A stretch of DNA of 64,000 nt from the human T2T-CHM13v2.0 reference genome, Homo sapiens: NCBI RefSeq assembly GCF_009914755.1, contig NC_060931.1; one strand, 5' to 3'. The translations under genes and the position numbers were made by a program. Positions 15,355 to 39,375 of this stretch are shown piece by piece. Numbering within the stretch: position 1 is the stretch's first letter; the number at the start of each line of letters is the position of its first letter. The notes under the pieces are model-generated. The model saw only the letters and a program-made list of their open reading frames with translations, was not told the origin of the DNA and ran no database searches.

Positions 15355-15993
15355 TGTTAGGTTTTCCAAGGTCACACACTAGCAAGTGGAAGAAACAAAG
15401 AAAGACTAAAACCCAACAGGTGTTCACTAACTAATGAGCCTCTTGACCCCCGTACAGCACTCTCCCTGCTTCACTGTGATAACTCTGCGGTCTCAGGAGG
15501 TCTGTCTGAATGCTTGACCATCAGGCAAACAAGGGAATTAGGGCTAATTAATTAGTCAAGACTTTGAAATCCACTGAGAAATGGGGCCTCATATTAAGTG
15601 CAAACTATCATCCTAAGTAATATATTTGTGACACTTTCATTAAATTTTCTCTCAAATCTTGAAAAATAAGTATCTCCTAGCTGCCAAGATTTTCATCTTA
15701 GCGTAATTATGAAGCCTCCCCAAATAATCATTTTCCAGTTGGCGATACTCAGTGGGGCACAATGCCAGCTGTGGAGACTGGATGACGCTGTTTAATTTGA
15801 GACTTATTAGCACAGCACAGGTGAAAATGAAGAAAGTCTTAGTGAAATGTGCTCGTCGCATGTTCAATATAAAAGCTTATTGTTTAGTGGAGCTCATGGA
15901 ATAAAAGAAGAGCAGCAATCTAAAAGCAGGTAATTCAATGTCTATCAAGATAAATATAGGAATTTTAGGGACATTTTCCACAGGTATTAATAG

Positions 15994-16735
<742 letters not shown>

Positions 16736-17063
16736 TAAATGAATTAAAATACATTTTTAAAGTCTTTTTACATGAATAAATATTTGAGCTTTAAGCTTAG
16801 AGCAAATTTAGAAACTGCAAATCTAAAAGGGCGTCTGTGAGTCACTTCTTGTTATGAACTTTCTATTCCCAGTTAATTCTCAAGACAAATTTTCAAAGAT
16901 GTTATAAACCCAACCATATAGAATTTCTAACACTGTGCTACATTTCATTAATAGGGTTCACAAGTAATTCTCTCCTTGGTGGTAAATTGGTTCATTTTTT
17001 TTTTCATTTAAAAACATACTACTCCTTAGAAAGACAAAGACCATAGTAAGAATATTATCAGTC

Positions 17064-17755
<692 letters not shown>

Positions 17756-18186
17756 GAAGCGTGCATTGATTGGGCAGCCTTGACTTTCTGCTATTTCCAC
17801 TGGCATATAAGACGCCCTCATTGGATGCCTGCTGAGAACACTGGTGTATCGTCTTGCTCCTGTTACTCACACGCTCACATAGAGGACAGCGTCTGCACCA
17901 TACCTATGGAGGGAAAGGAAAATAAGACTATGAAAAGCAGAGACAAAAAACAGTTACGTTTACAACGCTTTGTCCAGGCAACATTCCAGTGATTCAGTGA
18001 TTTAATAGAGTCCCGAATAATTTTGATACCTTTCTAAGCGAGATAATTTACTTAGTCCATTTACCTATATGAGGAAGCTATGTGAACTTTAAAAGAAGTA
18101 TTTTAAAAATCAGGGGAATAGGCAGATAGTGTTGGATTCAGCTGTAAGTTCCATTCCTGCAAAGATGTTCAGCGTATTGGGTATGT

Positions 18187-18621
18187 GTTGAAGGAGAGGA
18201 AAAATATCTCTCCTTCTCCCTTTCTAAGTTTTCAGCTGGGCTCCTGTAGCGAAAGACAGATTGACAACAGAAAAGTATACAAATTTTAAAAGTCTTACAT
18301 GACACAGGGGCCTTCATAAGAAAATGAAGACCCAAAGAAATGGTGAAATCTGAGCATTTTTATGCTAGGTTTGATGAAGAGCAACAAAGGGGAGAAGTGA
18401 GAGGACAAAGGGTCTGAGCTAAGCACAGTGAGCTTGACAGTAAGAGCGCTCTTTTCCCCGGAGTCTAGGGAGGGCGCCTCTTCCCTGAGGAACTAATGAC
18501 CTCCTTCAGGGGAGAAGAGGGAAAGTCAGACTCCTTCCTGCCATTTCTCAAATGCCTGCAGCTTAAAATATTCACTATGTCAAGCTGTCCTATTTTGGGG
18601 TAGCAGGTCCTGAACACCACT
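18187..18621 (-). mobile_element. MER34-family ERV1 LTR
   Basis: Minus strand starts ...TTCAGGACCTGCTACCCCAAAATA; matches recalled consensus. Confidence 0.65.
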
Positions 18622-18651
18622 GTAGAGAAACGTCATAAAAACTGGAACTAG

Positions 18652-18918
18652 GGCTGGGCCGGGTGGCTCATGCCTTTTGGGAGTCCGAGGTGGGTGGATC
18701 ACTTGAGGTCAGGAGCTCGAGACCAACCTGACCAACATGATGAAACCACGTCTCTACTAAAAACACAAAAAAATTAGCCGGGCATGGAGGCGCGCATCCA
18801 TAGTCCCAGCTACTCAGGTGGCTGAGGCAAGAGTATCATTTGAACCCAGGAGGCGGAGGTTGCAGTGAGCCCTAGATCATGCCACTGCACTCCAGCCTGG
18901 GCAACAGAGTGAGACTCT
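18652..18918 (+). mobile_element. AluS lacking its poly(A) tail
   Basis: Ends at GAGACTCT, fused directly to MER41. Confidence 0.93.
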
Positions 18919-19311
18919 GGCTGCTGGTTGCCCATTTTTATGGTTATTTCTTGATGATAAGCTAAACAAGGGGTGAATTATTCATGGTTCCCCTTTTTAG
19001 ACCATATAGGGTAACTTCCCGATGTTGCCATGGCATTTGTAAACTGTCATGGTGCTAATGGGAGTGTAGCAGCGAGGACGACCAGAGGTCACTCTTGTGG
19101 CCATCTTGGAATGGGTAGGTTTTAGCCAGCTTGTTTATTGCAACTTGTTTTATCAGCAAGATCTTTATGACCTGTGTCTTGTGGTGACCTCCTGTCCATC
19201 CTGTGACTTAGAATGTCTTAACCGTCTGGGAATGCAGCCCAGTAGGTCTCAGCCTTATTTTACCCAGTTGCTATTCGAAATGGAGTTGCTCCGTTTCCAA
19301 TGCTTCTGACA
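18919..19311 (-). mobile_element. MER41A LTR, 3'-truncated
   Basis: Minus strand TGTCAGAAGCATTGGAAACGGAGCAACTCCAT...GGGCAACCAGCAGCC. Confidence 0.85.
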
Positions 19312-19319
19312 CTACTCCT

Positions 19320-20770
<1,451 letters not shown>

Positions 20771-21456
20771 ACACACAAATTCACCCACATCTGCAGCTTC
20801 CCTCCTGCCTTCCCTCCAGGTGCAATAGGGAAACTGCACTTCTAACTCTAGAGCTTTACATCTTCCCCCAACCGCCTGTATCCTCAGGAGCCTGTTACTC
20901 ATTCCTTCTCCCTTACATATTCCACCCTTCTTAATAGAATCACCCAAAAAGCTTTTAAATAAGCTAGTGCTTTTAAACATCCCCACTTTATACATTCCAG
21001 ACTTCCCCTCCACTCCAAATCTCCTTCGAATTTCTCTCCCTTTCTTCATAGTCATATTTCTCAAAAGAGTTGTTTATATCTACTGTTTCCATTTTCTCAC
21101 TACCAACTCTTCAACCCATGCTAATCTGACTTCCACTGACCCACTAACACAGTTCTCAGGGGCACAGTGGCCGCCATATTATTAAATTCACAGACAACAT
21201 TGGCCTTTGTCCTACTGGTGTCCCTCAGCAGCCAATGACACTGTTGACCTTACTGTCTTTTTTCAAACACTCTCCTTCCGTGGCTTCCTGGACAGGACAC
21301 TCTCCTGGCTGTCTCTCTGGCTATACCTCCTCTGTCATCTTTGCAGATATTTCATCCCCTATGCAGCTCAGCAAGGGCTCAGTTCTTATTTTGCATTCTC
21401 TCCAAAACTCTCTACTATGCTGCGGTATCAGTTACCACCTGTTTGTATCCCCTTAA

Positions 21457-22100
<644 letters not shown>

Positions 22101-22518
22101 CAACCCTACACAGGCAACTCTCAAAGGTACATATCCAGCTCAAACACTTTTCTGAGCTATAGTCCTATTCCACTTGCTATTTAACATCTCCTCTTGCTCA
22201 AAAGCACTGCAAACTCAATATGCCCCAAACTGAACTTAATTTCTATGCTAAAGCTTGTTATTTTCTAGTATTTTTTGTATCTGCGACAGGAGCCCTCCAT
22301 CCAGTTACACAGGCCAGAAACTTAGACCTTGGCACCTCCACCTCTCCCACCCTCCCTGGCCTATATATAGTCTGTTCCTAATGATTTTACCCTAAATATC
22401 TCTTGGGTGGTCTACAACCCATCTCTGCCTGTCCATGTGCTCGTACTCCAAACTCTCATCATCATTGTGAGCCTGGACTATGACAGTGACCTCCCAGCCA
22501 TTCCACCTGGCTAGGTGA

Positions 22519-22888
<370 letters not shown>

Positions 22889-23041
22889 CCACCAGACCAT
22901 ATTTTTAAAATACAGATCTGATCATGTTGCCCCTGCTTTAAAGTATTTCAGTGATGTCCTCTATTCTGTGGCCCAAAGGCTATGAGTGAACCAGTCCTTA
23001 CAGACTGCACCAGCCACGTCTCCTACCCACTGTCTCTGTTA

Positions 23042-23491
<450 letters not shown>

Positions 23492-23556
23492 TTATGCACA
23501 AGCACTTGCTGAAGGAAACTTTTCTCAGTTTAGTTAAATCCCCTGAGCTCTCTTAG

Positions 23557-23713
<157 letters not shown>

Positions 23714-24405
23714 CCATTCTCATTTATTTATTTGTGTGATGATTTAATTAATGTGTGTTCACCTGGCTAAATCTACATGCCATGAAAACAGAGAGGATGC
23801 CTTAATATTTTTGTGATAATGTATCCTCCAGCTCCTGCCTCAGAGTCTGGTATGTGGTAGATGCTTGTATGTCAGTTCTATATCAATAAAGCACATGCTG
23901 GCTAACTTATTCCAAAAGGGAGTTTGAGAAATATTGGATATCTCACTAAATGGATGGGTTCCCAGAAACATTTGGGAACCAGGGCAGCTCTTGATAAGGA
24001 GGTGTCAGGAACTAGTCAGTCAAATCCTCCAAGGGCTACAGTCCCACACCAACCATTTAGTAAGTGCAGGAATCAAAGTGGGGGAACACAGGGTCTAGTT
24101 GAGCCATGTTCCTGGATGGAGGATTGCAGGCACCTTAATTGAGAGTCCCACCAGTGCTTCACACAATGGGCATGGAGTGGGCATTGAGATATTTCCCCCA
24201 GAGGAAACTGGGGAGCCCGGTTAAGAAGGAGGAAGGGATGTTGACAACCAAAACAATGAATGTTGAGTGGGCCTTTTACTCTACTATTTCCTAAATGCTT
24301 TAATGCCTTGGCTCTTTCCATCTTCCCTTCTCTCTAGCATGCATTTCTCCTGCTCTTCATGAGAGCATTTCTACCATCATGCAAATATCCTCCAATATCT
24401 GCCAT

Positions 24406-24714
24406 CTTTTTCTTTTTTTTTTTTTTTTTTTTTTGAGATAGAGTCTTGCTCTGTTGCCCAGGCTGGAGTGCAGTAGCGTGATCTTGGCTCATCACAACCT
24501 CCACCTTCTGGTTTCAAGAGTTTCTCCTGCCTCAGCCTCCCAAGTAGCTGGGACTACAGGTGCGTGCCACCATGCCTGGCTAATTTTTGTATTTTTAGTA
24601 GACGGGGTTTTGCTGTGTTGGCCAGGCTGGTCTCAAACTCCTGACCTCAAGTGATCCACTGGCTTCAGCCACTGAAAGTGCTGGGATTACAGGCATGAGC
24701 CACCACGCCCAGCC
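24406..24714 (-). mobile_element. AluS
   Basis: TSD TCTGCCATCTTT. Confidence 0.95.
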
Positions 24715-25447
24715 AGTGTCTGCCATCTTTAAAAACAACTGCAACCCCTTCTTCCTGCTTTAGAGGATATGTAAATGTTTGAGTCTTTGATCCCAGCTCT
24801 TTCCATGACTGCCTCTTTCTCATTCATTCATGATTGAATGTCACCTTTCAGGCAGCTTCCTAAACATGTTATTTAAGCATCACCTTTCCACCCACTTCAT
24901 TTGGTAAACTAATGAATGAATGAGAAAGCACACCTGTGTCCTTCCTCTGATCAGTGTCCCATTGTGTGGTTTTCTTTGCCTACCAGATGCACCTCTTTTC
25001 TTATGTTGTTCAGGCATACTGTGTTTCACACACTAAACCTCCTGCTTCATATTAGAGTTTGTTAGAAGTGTATTGAAACATTAATATGATGTAGGTTTGG
25101 GGTAAAAAATGGAAAATAAATGAATACTGGAGAAGTATCCAACTCTCTATGAGAGTAACTCCTCATGAGGAGTTACTGTTAAATCAATTTGTCTGTGATC
25201 TTACTTTGGAATATATGAAATGGAACAAATTGTTGTTAAAGCAGTTTGAACTTAGATGGCTTGGCTTGTACACATTTGTAGTTTTTCTCTTTTGCTGAAT
25301 CCTAGGCCTGTTTTATAAGTTAGGTTTCAGTTTCAGTACTCTGCAGATAACAAAACTTCCAGCCTTGCAAGTTATCAAGCTGATCTGCAAGTTAAGTAAA
25401 TGCCAGCCAGCACAAAACTCAGTACTCTAAATACAGAAACAAAGTTT

Positions 25448-25790
<343 letters not shown>

Positions 25791-25972
25791 CTCACAAAAT
25801 CCAGATATTTGGAGATATGACATTTATAATGCCCAGCATCCAATAAAAATTACTAGGCCTGTGAAGAAGCAGAAAATTGTAATGCATAACCAGAAGGAAA
25901 ATCAATCCTTTGAAACAGATATGTAAATCAGACAAATTATGAAATTCACAGATAAGCATTTAAAAATGTCTA

Positions 25973-26336
<364 letters not shown>

Positions 26337-26392
26337 TTGTAGTTTTTTGGGCAACTGATTTGTACTTTATTGAGATTTCTTAATTTAAAAAA

Positions 26393-28330
26393 AATTAATA
26401 TTTAATTTTTGTGGGTACATAGTAAGTTTATATCTTTATGCAGTACATGAAGTATTTTGATACAAGCGTACAATGCATAATAATCACACCAGGTTAAATG
26501 AAGTATCCGTCACCTCAAGCATTTATCCTTCCTTTGTGTTGCAAACAATCCAATAATACTCTTTGAGTTATTTTTAAATGGACAATAAATCATTGTTTCC
26601 TATAGTCACCCTGTTTTGCTATCAAATATTAGATCTTATTCCTTCTATCTATATTTTAGTACCCATTAACCATCCCTCGCCCCCTCATTCTACTCTCTAT
26701 CTTTGTATGTTCAATTGTTTTAATTTCTAGCTCCCCTAAATAAGTGAGAACATGCCAAGTTTCTCTTTCTGTGCCTGACTTATTTCACTTAACATAAGGA
26801 CCTCCAGTTCCATCCATGGTGTTGAAAATGACAGGATCTCATTCTTTTTTATGGCTGAATAGTACTTCACCATGTATATGTACCACATTTTCTTTATCCA
26901 TTTGTTTGTTGATGGACATTTAGGTTCCAAATCTTGGCTATTGTGAATAACGCTGCAGTAAACATGGGAGTGCAGATATCTCTTCAATATACTGATTTCT
27001 TTTCTTTTGGATGTGTACCTAGCAGTGGGATTGCTGGATCATATGGTAGCTCTATAGTTTTCTGAGGAACTCCAAACTGTTCTCCATAATGGCTGTACTA
27101 ATTTACATTCCCACCAATAGTGTACGAGGATTCCTCTTTCTCCGTATTCTTGCCAGCATTCTTTATTTCCTGTCTTTGGGATAAAAGCCATTTTAACTGG
27201 GGTGAGATGATATCTCATTGTTTTGATTTGCATTTCTCTGATAATCAGTAATGTTGAGCACCTTTTCATATACCTGCTTACCATTTGTATGCCTTCTTTT
27301 GAGAAATGTCTATTTAGATCTTTTGCCCATTTTTCAATAAGATTATTAGATTTTTTCCTATTGAGTTCTTTGAGCTCCTTATATATTCTGGCTATTAATT
27401 CCTTGTCAGATGGATAGTTTGCAGATATTTTCTTCCATTCTGTGGATCGTCACTCTATTTTGTTTATTGTTTCCTTTGTTGCGCAGAAGCTCTTAAAATT
27501 GATGTCATCTGATTTATATATTTTTGCTTTTGTTGCCTGTGTTTACAGAGTATTACTCAAGTAATCTTTGCCCAGTCCAGTGTCCTGAAGAGTTTCCCCA
27601 ATGTTTTCTTTTAGTAGTTTTATAGTTTGAGGTCTTAGATTTAAGTCTTTAATCCATTTCGACTTGATTTTTAAAAATAAGATGAAAAATAAAGGTCTAG
27701 TTTTATTCTTCTGCATATAGATACTGAGTTTCTTAGCACTATTTATTGAAGAGACTGTCCTTTGCTCAATGTATGTTCTTGGCACCTTGTTGAGAATGAG
27801 TTCATTGTAGATATATGGATTTGTTTCTGGGTTCTCTATTCTGTTCCACAGGTCTATGTGCCTGTTTTTATGCCAGCACCATACTGCTTTGGTTACCATA
27901 GCTTTGTAGTATAATTTGAATTCAGGTAATGTGATTCCTCCAGTTTTGTTCTTTTTACTCAGGATAGCTTTGGCTATTCTGGGTCTTTTTTGGCTCCACA
28001 TAAATTTAGGATTTTCTTTTCCATTTCTGTGAACAATGTCATTGATAATTTGATAGGGATTGCATTGAATCTGTAGATTGCTTTAGGTAGTATGGACATT
28101 TTAACAATATGAATTCTTCAAATCCATGAATATGGAATATCTTTCCATTTTTTTGTGTGTCCTCTTCAATTTCTTTCATCAACATTTGATAGTTTTCATT
28201 ATAGAGATCTTTCACTTCCTTGGTTAATTCCTAGGTATTTTATTTTATTTGTAGCTATTATAAATGGGATTACTTTCTTGATTTCTTTTTCAGATTGTTT
28301 GCTGTTGGCATATATAAATGCCACTGATTT
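26393..28330 (-). mobile_element. L1MA (L1MA2/3-like) 3' ~1.9 kb with decayed ORF2 C-terminus
   Basis: ORFs 27543-28001, 27039-27284 and 26736-26987 translate to L1 ORF2p ([22 protein letters not shown]...); L1MA-type 3' UTR. Confidence 0.9.
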
Positions 28331-28448
28331 TCTTTTCTTTTTTTTTCAATTTTAGTTTTTTAATTTTTTTTTAATTTTTTAATTTTTTTTAGTATTTATT
28401 GATCATTCTTGGGTGTTTCTCAGAGAGGGGGATTTGGCAGGGTCATAG
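28328..28448 (-). mobile_element. SVA 3' stub: 58 bp of SINE-R plus poly(A) tail
   Basis: Minus strand CTATGACCCTGCCAAATCCCCCTCTCTGAGAAACACCCAAGAATGATCAATAAATACT followed by an A-rich tail. Confidence 0.85.
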
Positions 28449-29501
28449 CTGAAAAACAATGATCATCAGAACCTTAGTTCCTGTCAGGCAAAATCAAGAA
28501 GCCTCACATACATATAGTTGGAGTCCCAGAAAGAGAGAAAAATATTTGAAGAAATGATGGTTATTTTCCATATCTGATGTCTAATGTGAACCCACTAGAA
28601 GCCAAGCACACCCCAAGAAGAATAAACCAAAGAAGATAACTCAGATAACTCCAAGGCACATAGTCATCCAATAGCGCGAGCCACAAACTGGGAGGAAATA
28701 TTTGTGATTCATGTATCTGACAAAGGACTTGTAGTGAGAAAATATGAAGAACTCCTAAACTCAACAATAAGAGGACAACAAACTGAAAGCTATAAAAGTG
28801 GACAAAAGATTAGAACACATATTTTACAAGAGAAGACATGTAAGCACCTCAATAAACACATGGAAACTTGTCTAACATCTTTATTCATTAGGGAAATGCA
28901 AATTGAAGTTATAAGATGCTACAGCGTGTCCAACAAAATAGCTAATATTAAGATAACACCAAATGTGGCAAAGTGTGGATCAACTGGAACTCTCATGCAT
29001 TGCTGGAGTCATTGGAAAATAGTGCAACCACTTTGGAAAGAGATCTGAGTTTCTTACGAAGCTATATATTTACCATATGACCCATCAATTCCATTTCTAT
29101 GTATATTTTCCCAAAATAAATAAAAACACATGCCCACAAAATCACTTGTACATGAATGTTCATGGTCTGTTTAGTCCTAATAGTTGCAAAATTAAAACAG
29201 CATGAAATCCACCAACAGATGAATGATAAACATGTTGTGGTATATCCATACAATGGAAGGACTGCAAACTGTATGACTTCGCTTATGTGAAGTTTTGGAA
29301 TAGGCAAAAAAATGAATCTGTAGTTATAGGAATAAGATAAGCAATTGCCTGAGTTCAGGGCCACTTTTTGGGGTGATAGAAATATTCTATATCACAATTG
29401 GTGTGGCTGTTAATGGATGATGACACTTGTCTGAACTTATCAAACTAGACACTTAAAAGTAGTACATTTTGCCGTATTTCAGTTATATCTTTAAAAAGTT
29501 C

Positions 29502-29799
<298 letters not shown>

Positions 29800-30002
29800 C
29801 GATAAAGTTGATTTTTAAAAATGATAAAAGATTCAGTTTTGACTGTGAACAAGTTACCTCAAAAACAAGGCTATTGTTTTTCTAATCTCTATATGCAGTT
29901 TCTACTAATAAATGTTTCTAATGTTTTAAGAAATAACAGATATGATTTGGATTTCTTTGAAAGAGATTGAGCAGGGGAGTAATGTGATCTGGTTTGTATT
30001 TG

Positions 30003-30260
30003 TTTAATAGATTTTATTTTTTAGAGCAGTTTTAGGTTCACAGCAAAATGGAGACGAAGGTATGAAGGTATCACATATACCTCCTACCCCCACAAATGCA
30101 GTCTCCCCCGTTCTCAACATCCCCCAACAGAATGGTCCATTTGTTACAACCACTGAACCTACATTGACACATCATTATCCCCTGAAGTTTATAGCTTTTA
30201 TTAGGGTGCACTTCTGGTGTTGTACATTTTATGGGTTTGGACACATGTATAATCACATGT
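30003..30260 (-). mobile_element. L1MC-type 3' end
   Basis: TTTTAGAGCAGTTTTAGGTTCACAGCAAAAT...GAACCTACATTGACACATCATTATC. Confidence 0.7.
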
Positions 30261-30566
30261 CTGATTTGCATTTTCAAATGGTCTATTTTAATGATGAATA
30301 AATGTGATGTGGTTTCTAGAAAAGAAAAAAAGGGGGATGGATTTTTGCCCAGACACCTGGATGTTTGGCTTTTCTTGAACAACTGGGACATCTGAGGACG
30401 TTGTTGTATGGTGGTCATCTGGAGCTGAGCAGTTGCCACCCCTCTAGATGGAGCCAGCACTCTCTCCAGCTCACAACGGTCAACACTCACCTGCTTCCCT
30501 CTTTATGTTACTTGATGATACCCTGTGACCATTACCCGTGATGAGTTCAGGTATAGGGCGATAGCG

Positions 30567-30868
30567 TTTTTTTTTTTTTTTTTTTTTGAGACAAAGCTTC
30601 ATTCTTGTCTCCCAGGCTGGAGAGCAATGGCGGGATCTCAGCTCACTGCACCCCTGCCTCCCGGGTTCAAGCGATTCTCCTGCCTCAGCCTCCCGAGTAG
30701 CTGAGATTACAGGCGCACGCCACAATGCCTGGCTAATTCTTGTATTTTTAGTAGAGATGCGGTTTCACCATATTGGCCAGGCTGGTCATGAACTCCTGAC
30801 CTCAGGTGATCCACCTGCCTCAGCCTCCCAAAGTGCTCGGATTATAGGTGTGAGTCACCACGCCTGGC
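30567..30868 (-). mobile_element. AluS
   Basis: Full antisense dimer. Confidence 0.95.
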
Positions 30869-30981
30869 CCCGATTGTGTCTTAAACACCTTCCCAGAGTT
30901 CCCTAGGCCTTGGGGCAGCTAGATGTTAGGCATGCACCCAAGGGTAATAGGGAAGATGCAAAGGAAAAAGCACTGTGTATG

Positions 30982-31264
30982 ACACCTGTAATCCCAGCAT
31001 TTTGGGAGGCCAAGGCAGGAAGATTGCTTGAGCCCAGGAGTTCAAGACCAGCCTGGGCAACATAGTGAGACCCTATCTCTACAAAAAATAAAAAATTAGC
31101 CAGGTGTGGTGGTGCACACCTGTAGTCCCAGCTACTTGGGAGGCTGAGGCAGAATTGCTTGAGCCCAGGAGGTCAAGCCTGCAGGGAGTTGTGATCCTGC
31201 TACTGCATTCCTGCCAGGGTGACAAAGCGAGACCTTGTCAAAAAAAAAAAAAAAAAAAAAAAAA
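30982..31264 (+). mobile_element. AluJ, 5'-clipped
   Basis: AluJ diagnostics, long A tail. Confidence 0.92.
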
Positions 31265-31798
31265 GCCAGATTCTAAGTGGATTTGGGCAGGAAAAGAGCA
31301 TAATGCAATAGTTAACTATTCAAGCTTACAGTAAAAAAACAGCAGGGAACAATTGCTAAGATAACTTCCTTCCCAACTCCCACCCTGCCACCCACCATTA
31401 AAGGTAAGACATGGTGTAAGGGGCACAAAACCTAAATGACTGTTCTTAAGTTTCTGCCATACCACTGATGAGAGAAAAAAGCATTTTTAAAACAGCTTCA
31501 TTTCTTAAACACCTGCATTTGTAGATGAGATTCCTGCCTGCTACACTGCTATTTCTGAAATCACATTGATGTCAGCCACTAATTCCACCTAAACATAGAG
31601 CTTAGGCTGGGTGGAAAAGTGAAATTGTACCTTTTCTGCCAACTAATAGTCATCAGAGTATGTTTCAGTTTACATAAATTTTTCCATACCTTGGGATTGT
31701 AACTTGACTTTCCAATCTTCTCATTTGGTGCTATTCCTACTTGTTAATATTGGAGACTTGTACTGTATCTATATGCAAAGGCTAGAATTTAAAAATCA

Positions 31799-33637
<1,839 letters not shown>

Positions 33638-33888
33638 TGACACTGATAATGTTTCTTAATCAATTGTCTGCTTGTTTTCAGGTGATGGCTTTGTAATCCC
33701 TACTTTGGATTTTTTAAACCAATGTTTTATTAAAGCTTAATGAGTTCTACAAGATGTACAATAAAGATCAGCAATCTACCCTATCTGAAAGACAATCTGT
33801 AAAAAACAAAACAAAACAGAAAACAACAACAACAAAAAACCCCAAAAAGCTCCAGTAATTATTTATTTTGGCATTTACTTGTAAATAC

Positions 33889-34467
<579 letters not shown>

Positions 34468-34623
34468 TGAAGACAGATTATACCTCCCTCACTCCACCCC
34501 CCATTCACTTCTCAATATAGCTATATAATAAATATTCAGTGTTTTATTATTAAAGCTGTGTAAAGATTATTATTCATAGCTGGGTCACAATATATACTGG
34601 GATTATATTCCAATCCACTTCTC

Positions 34624-34920
<297 letters not shown>

Positions 34921-35096
34921 TCCATTTCTTATATAACATTATTTTCCCTGGATTTAATTTGCTTCCCTGACTTTGTCTTTTGTGCAGCTTTCCTGTGAAC
35001 ATATCCAGTGCTCTATCAGGGCCATCTTTTTTGAGACCTCTCTCCTAGAGCCTGGAGCTTTTGCTCCAATCTGGACTTGCTGCCTTCTAGGCCTGA

Positions 35097-35339
<243 letters not shown>

Positions 35340-35837
35340 TAGCTAATTAACAAAAATCTGTTTTGTAGAAACGGGGTCTCACTATGTTGACCAGGCTGGT
35401 CTTTAACTCTTGGCCTCAAATAATCCTCCCGCCTCAACCTCTAATAGTGCTAGAATTACAGGTGTGAGCCAATGTGCCCGTCCCTGCATTTGTTTTCTAA
35501 TTTTGTCCTTATTCCACTTTCTTAGAGAATTTTTTAAAACTTGTCTTCTACTGAATTTCCTTTAAAATTTTATCATGGAAATTTCCAGACATATACAAAA
35601 GTAGAGAAAATAACATAATTAAAATCTTTAGCACCAGGTACCCATCATCCAGCTTCAGCAATGATCAACCCATGGCCAATCCCAGACTTCAAATCTTCAT
35701 CTGTAAATCCTTCAGCATGCACCTGCCAAAGATAAAGACTCTAAAAAACCCAGAATACCATTTTCATGCCTAAAGCTATTTGCAACAATTCCTATTCTGT
35801 TGCACTTTCACTTCCTCTGTTTAAGAGAAAATTTTAA

Positions 35838-36224
<387 letters not shown>

Positions 36225-36724
36225 TAAAAATCAAAATAGAGTTTTCATTAACTTTTCTTTTTCCTGCATCATTTTTCTTGTTAATCAGTTGTATTTTCCT
36301 GTTTGTGCTCCTCTCTTAGGGGCTGGAGATTTTGTCCAGGTAGCTGATGATCCTTGGCTGCCCGCCCGTATTTCACCATGGAGCACTCAAATGCCATTTG
36401 GAGTCTCTGTGCTCATGAATGAGGCTCCTGAAAGCGAAGGCTCCTCTGACTCTCAGTGTCTTAAGGTGCTTCCTACAAGCACAGATTTGGACAGATTTCT
36501 CCCAAAAGAATCTTTTTATCTCTTGCCTGGCTACAAAACTGAGGAACACATGGAACAAGGAGGCCTTGCAGATGCTTTGGTACTCTCCTGCCCATTACTT
36601 CAGTTTCCAGGATGTCCCCATCCCAATCAGGAGTCCTTCTGGGTCACATTCTTCAGGAAGTAAACTGGTCAGGGAGTAGCTTGACTGTACAAGGTGTGTG
36701 TGGGGGGGAGGGGAGGGTTCTTAA

Positions 36725-37211
<487 letters not shown>

Positions 37212-37219
37212 CACTAGTG

Positions 37220-39375
<2,156 letters not shown>

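Noticed and set aside
26736-28001. ORFs resembling a reverse-transcriptase protein C-terminus
   Set aside because: Frameshifted L1 ORF2 remnants of a 5'-truncated L1MA; not an active element
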